Assembly (NCBI GenBank): GCA_965649765.1
Contig: OZ287758.1
Span: 46,996,001-47,060,000 of the forward strand
DNA from: Bispira polyomma
Taxonomy: Eukaryota
DNA: 64,000 bases
Reading direction: 5' to 3'
Part shown: piece after piece, positions 62,553 through 64,000 of the stretch
Position numbering within the stretch: position 1 is the first letter of the stretch
Layout: every line of letters begins with the position of its first letter
Notes under the pieces: model-generated
The model's database searches: none
The model's input: the letters and a program-made list of their open reading frames with translations, nothing else
Told to the model about the DNA's origin: nothing
Made by a program: the position numbers and the translations under genes

Positions 62553-62692
62553 CTTTTATATTGAAGTTTTATTGGTGGAGGAAAGTAATGAAGAGAACCT
62601 TATTTTAAAATCATTTTAGCAATCAATTGTTGCTCAGTTACTACTTTTAATTTTGTCATTGACAACTGAAACCAGTCGCTACTGTAGGGTAC

Positions 62693-62880
62693 CATTTAAA
62701 TCTGATCTAATTAAACTTTTATAGCACCTAATAACCATTAAAGTGGATTTTAAGGCGCATTTATCATGATCATATTCAAGCCTTGGCAAACAAGTAATTT
62801 AATCTAATCTAACTTTTATAGTGCTTAATCTCTCCTTCTTAGGGGATTCTAAGGCGCAGGACAGTGTCCTTATTGAATTT
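62693..62880 (-). mobile_element. Two L2-type 3' end fragments in tandem
   Basis: The reverse complement gcgccttagaatcccc...gagattaagcactataaaagttagattag matches 16660-16710. A second, weaker copy lies at 62693-62760. Confidence 0.6.
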
Positions 62881-64000
62881 GCATTTCCGTTTACAAGAAT
62901 GGACCAGCACAATGGAGTTGTATGTGGAGTATGTTTTTATTTTGCTTCTAAAGGATGACAAGGAAGGAACAACATGAATATCATGCTGCAGAAGCCAAAA
63001 ATTTGCAAAAGTTGGTAGCTTCCTTGTAGCCTCATCGTACAGACATTCGCGTATATATCGCCATGCCGCGTCTATCTTATCAATGTTGTTTGGTCATACA
63101 TGTAAGAAATTTGATGGTAAATATCGGCGAACCTAAAATTTGTCATAGTTGGTAACACATTCTTCCCAGTTGGTAGCCAATTCCTCATACTTGGTAGCCA
63201 ATTCCTCGTGACTTTTCACCATTCCTCCATATTTTCCACCTTTTCACAGTGAATGATGAAGAAAAAGCAAATAACAATATTTTAAGAAATATATATTTTT
63301 TTTAATCTTCTAACTGTAATGCCGTGGTCACGAAAAATGGCTAACGTAAGGTAAAACATAAGTAAACGTAAACAAAACCTAGTGTGCATAAGATTACGTA
63401 AGATGGTCTCTTAATATCCCTTTTTTTAAAACGTCTTAATTTTCGGACTGCTCAAAAGTTTTTACGTTTTTAGCTATTTGCTGAAAATTTTCTGGAAACG
63501 GGGGGTGCGTTTGAGGCAAACGTATTACATGTATTCAATGCGTATTTGACATAAAGGACGGGAGTCGAACCAACCATACTATGGGAATATGCATTTTACA
63601 CTTATAATCAAATCACTAAATTTCATATGCATATAGTTCATTATTTATCTTTTGTTTCTCAGATTATACAGCTAGTCTGTATATCATTTCTTCTGTTGTA
63701 TATGTTGTATATGGATATAAATGTAAATAGTAATTCTTAACAGTTGTAATATTATGGGTGTACATGAGATGGATTATATTAATTAGATCATTCCTTTGCC
63801 ATGTCATATTGTATGTCACTTCTTATCATTCATACAGATGTTAAAAGTAAGTTTATATATTAATGCTTTCTTTAGGGTTTACTCATTCAAACAAAATGCC
63901 ATATTTAGTGTAGCCTTTTATTAGATGTCAGCACATGGTGCTGCCAGCCCATGTAATTGCACTTCAGTGCAAGGGGGCTATAATTATTGGTAACACCTAT

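Overview
Eukaryotic, AT-rich animal genomic DNA with two assembly gaps (N runs at 7806-7943 and 26667-26849). The SINE, Helitron and LINE repertoire suggests a lophotrochozoan, probably a mollusc (inference). Only one host protein-coding gene is clearly supported: an NNMT/PNMT/INMT-family SAM-dependent methyltransferase on the + strand (exons 7972-8179 and 9457-9871; the first coding exon is not visible). The rest is mostly a layered transposon landscape. It includes two CR1/L2-group LINEs: a near-complete dead copy at 21741-25560 inserted into a 65-bp minisatellite, and a decayed minus-strand copy at about 11440-16250 split by a Helitron-like element. There are also two non-autonomous Helitron/Helentron-like elements carrying internal satellite arrays, at least two tRNA-headed SINE families with nested insertions and clear TSDs, and several MITEs. 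The most unusual element is a 2.48-kb TIR element (53860-56339) with TGT...ACA ends and a 4-bp ATAT TSD that nevertheless carries a Mutator-type (MULE) transposase remnant. The 32-51 kb interval is repeat-poor, has no convincing ORF, and shows promoter/enhancer-like motif clusters and a candidate non-coding first exon on the minus strand. No CRISPR array or prokaryotic system is supported. All family assignments come from motif recognition by eye, not from database searches.
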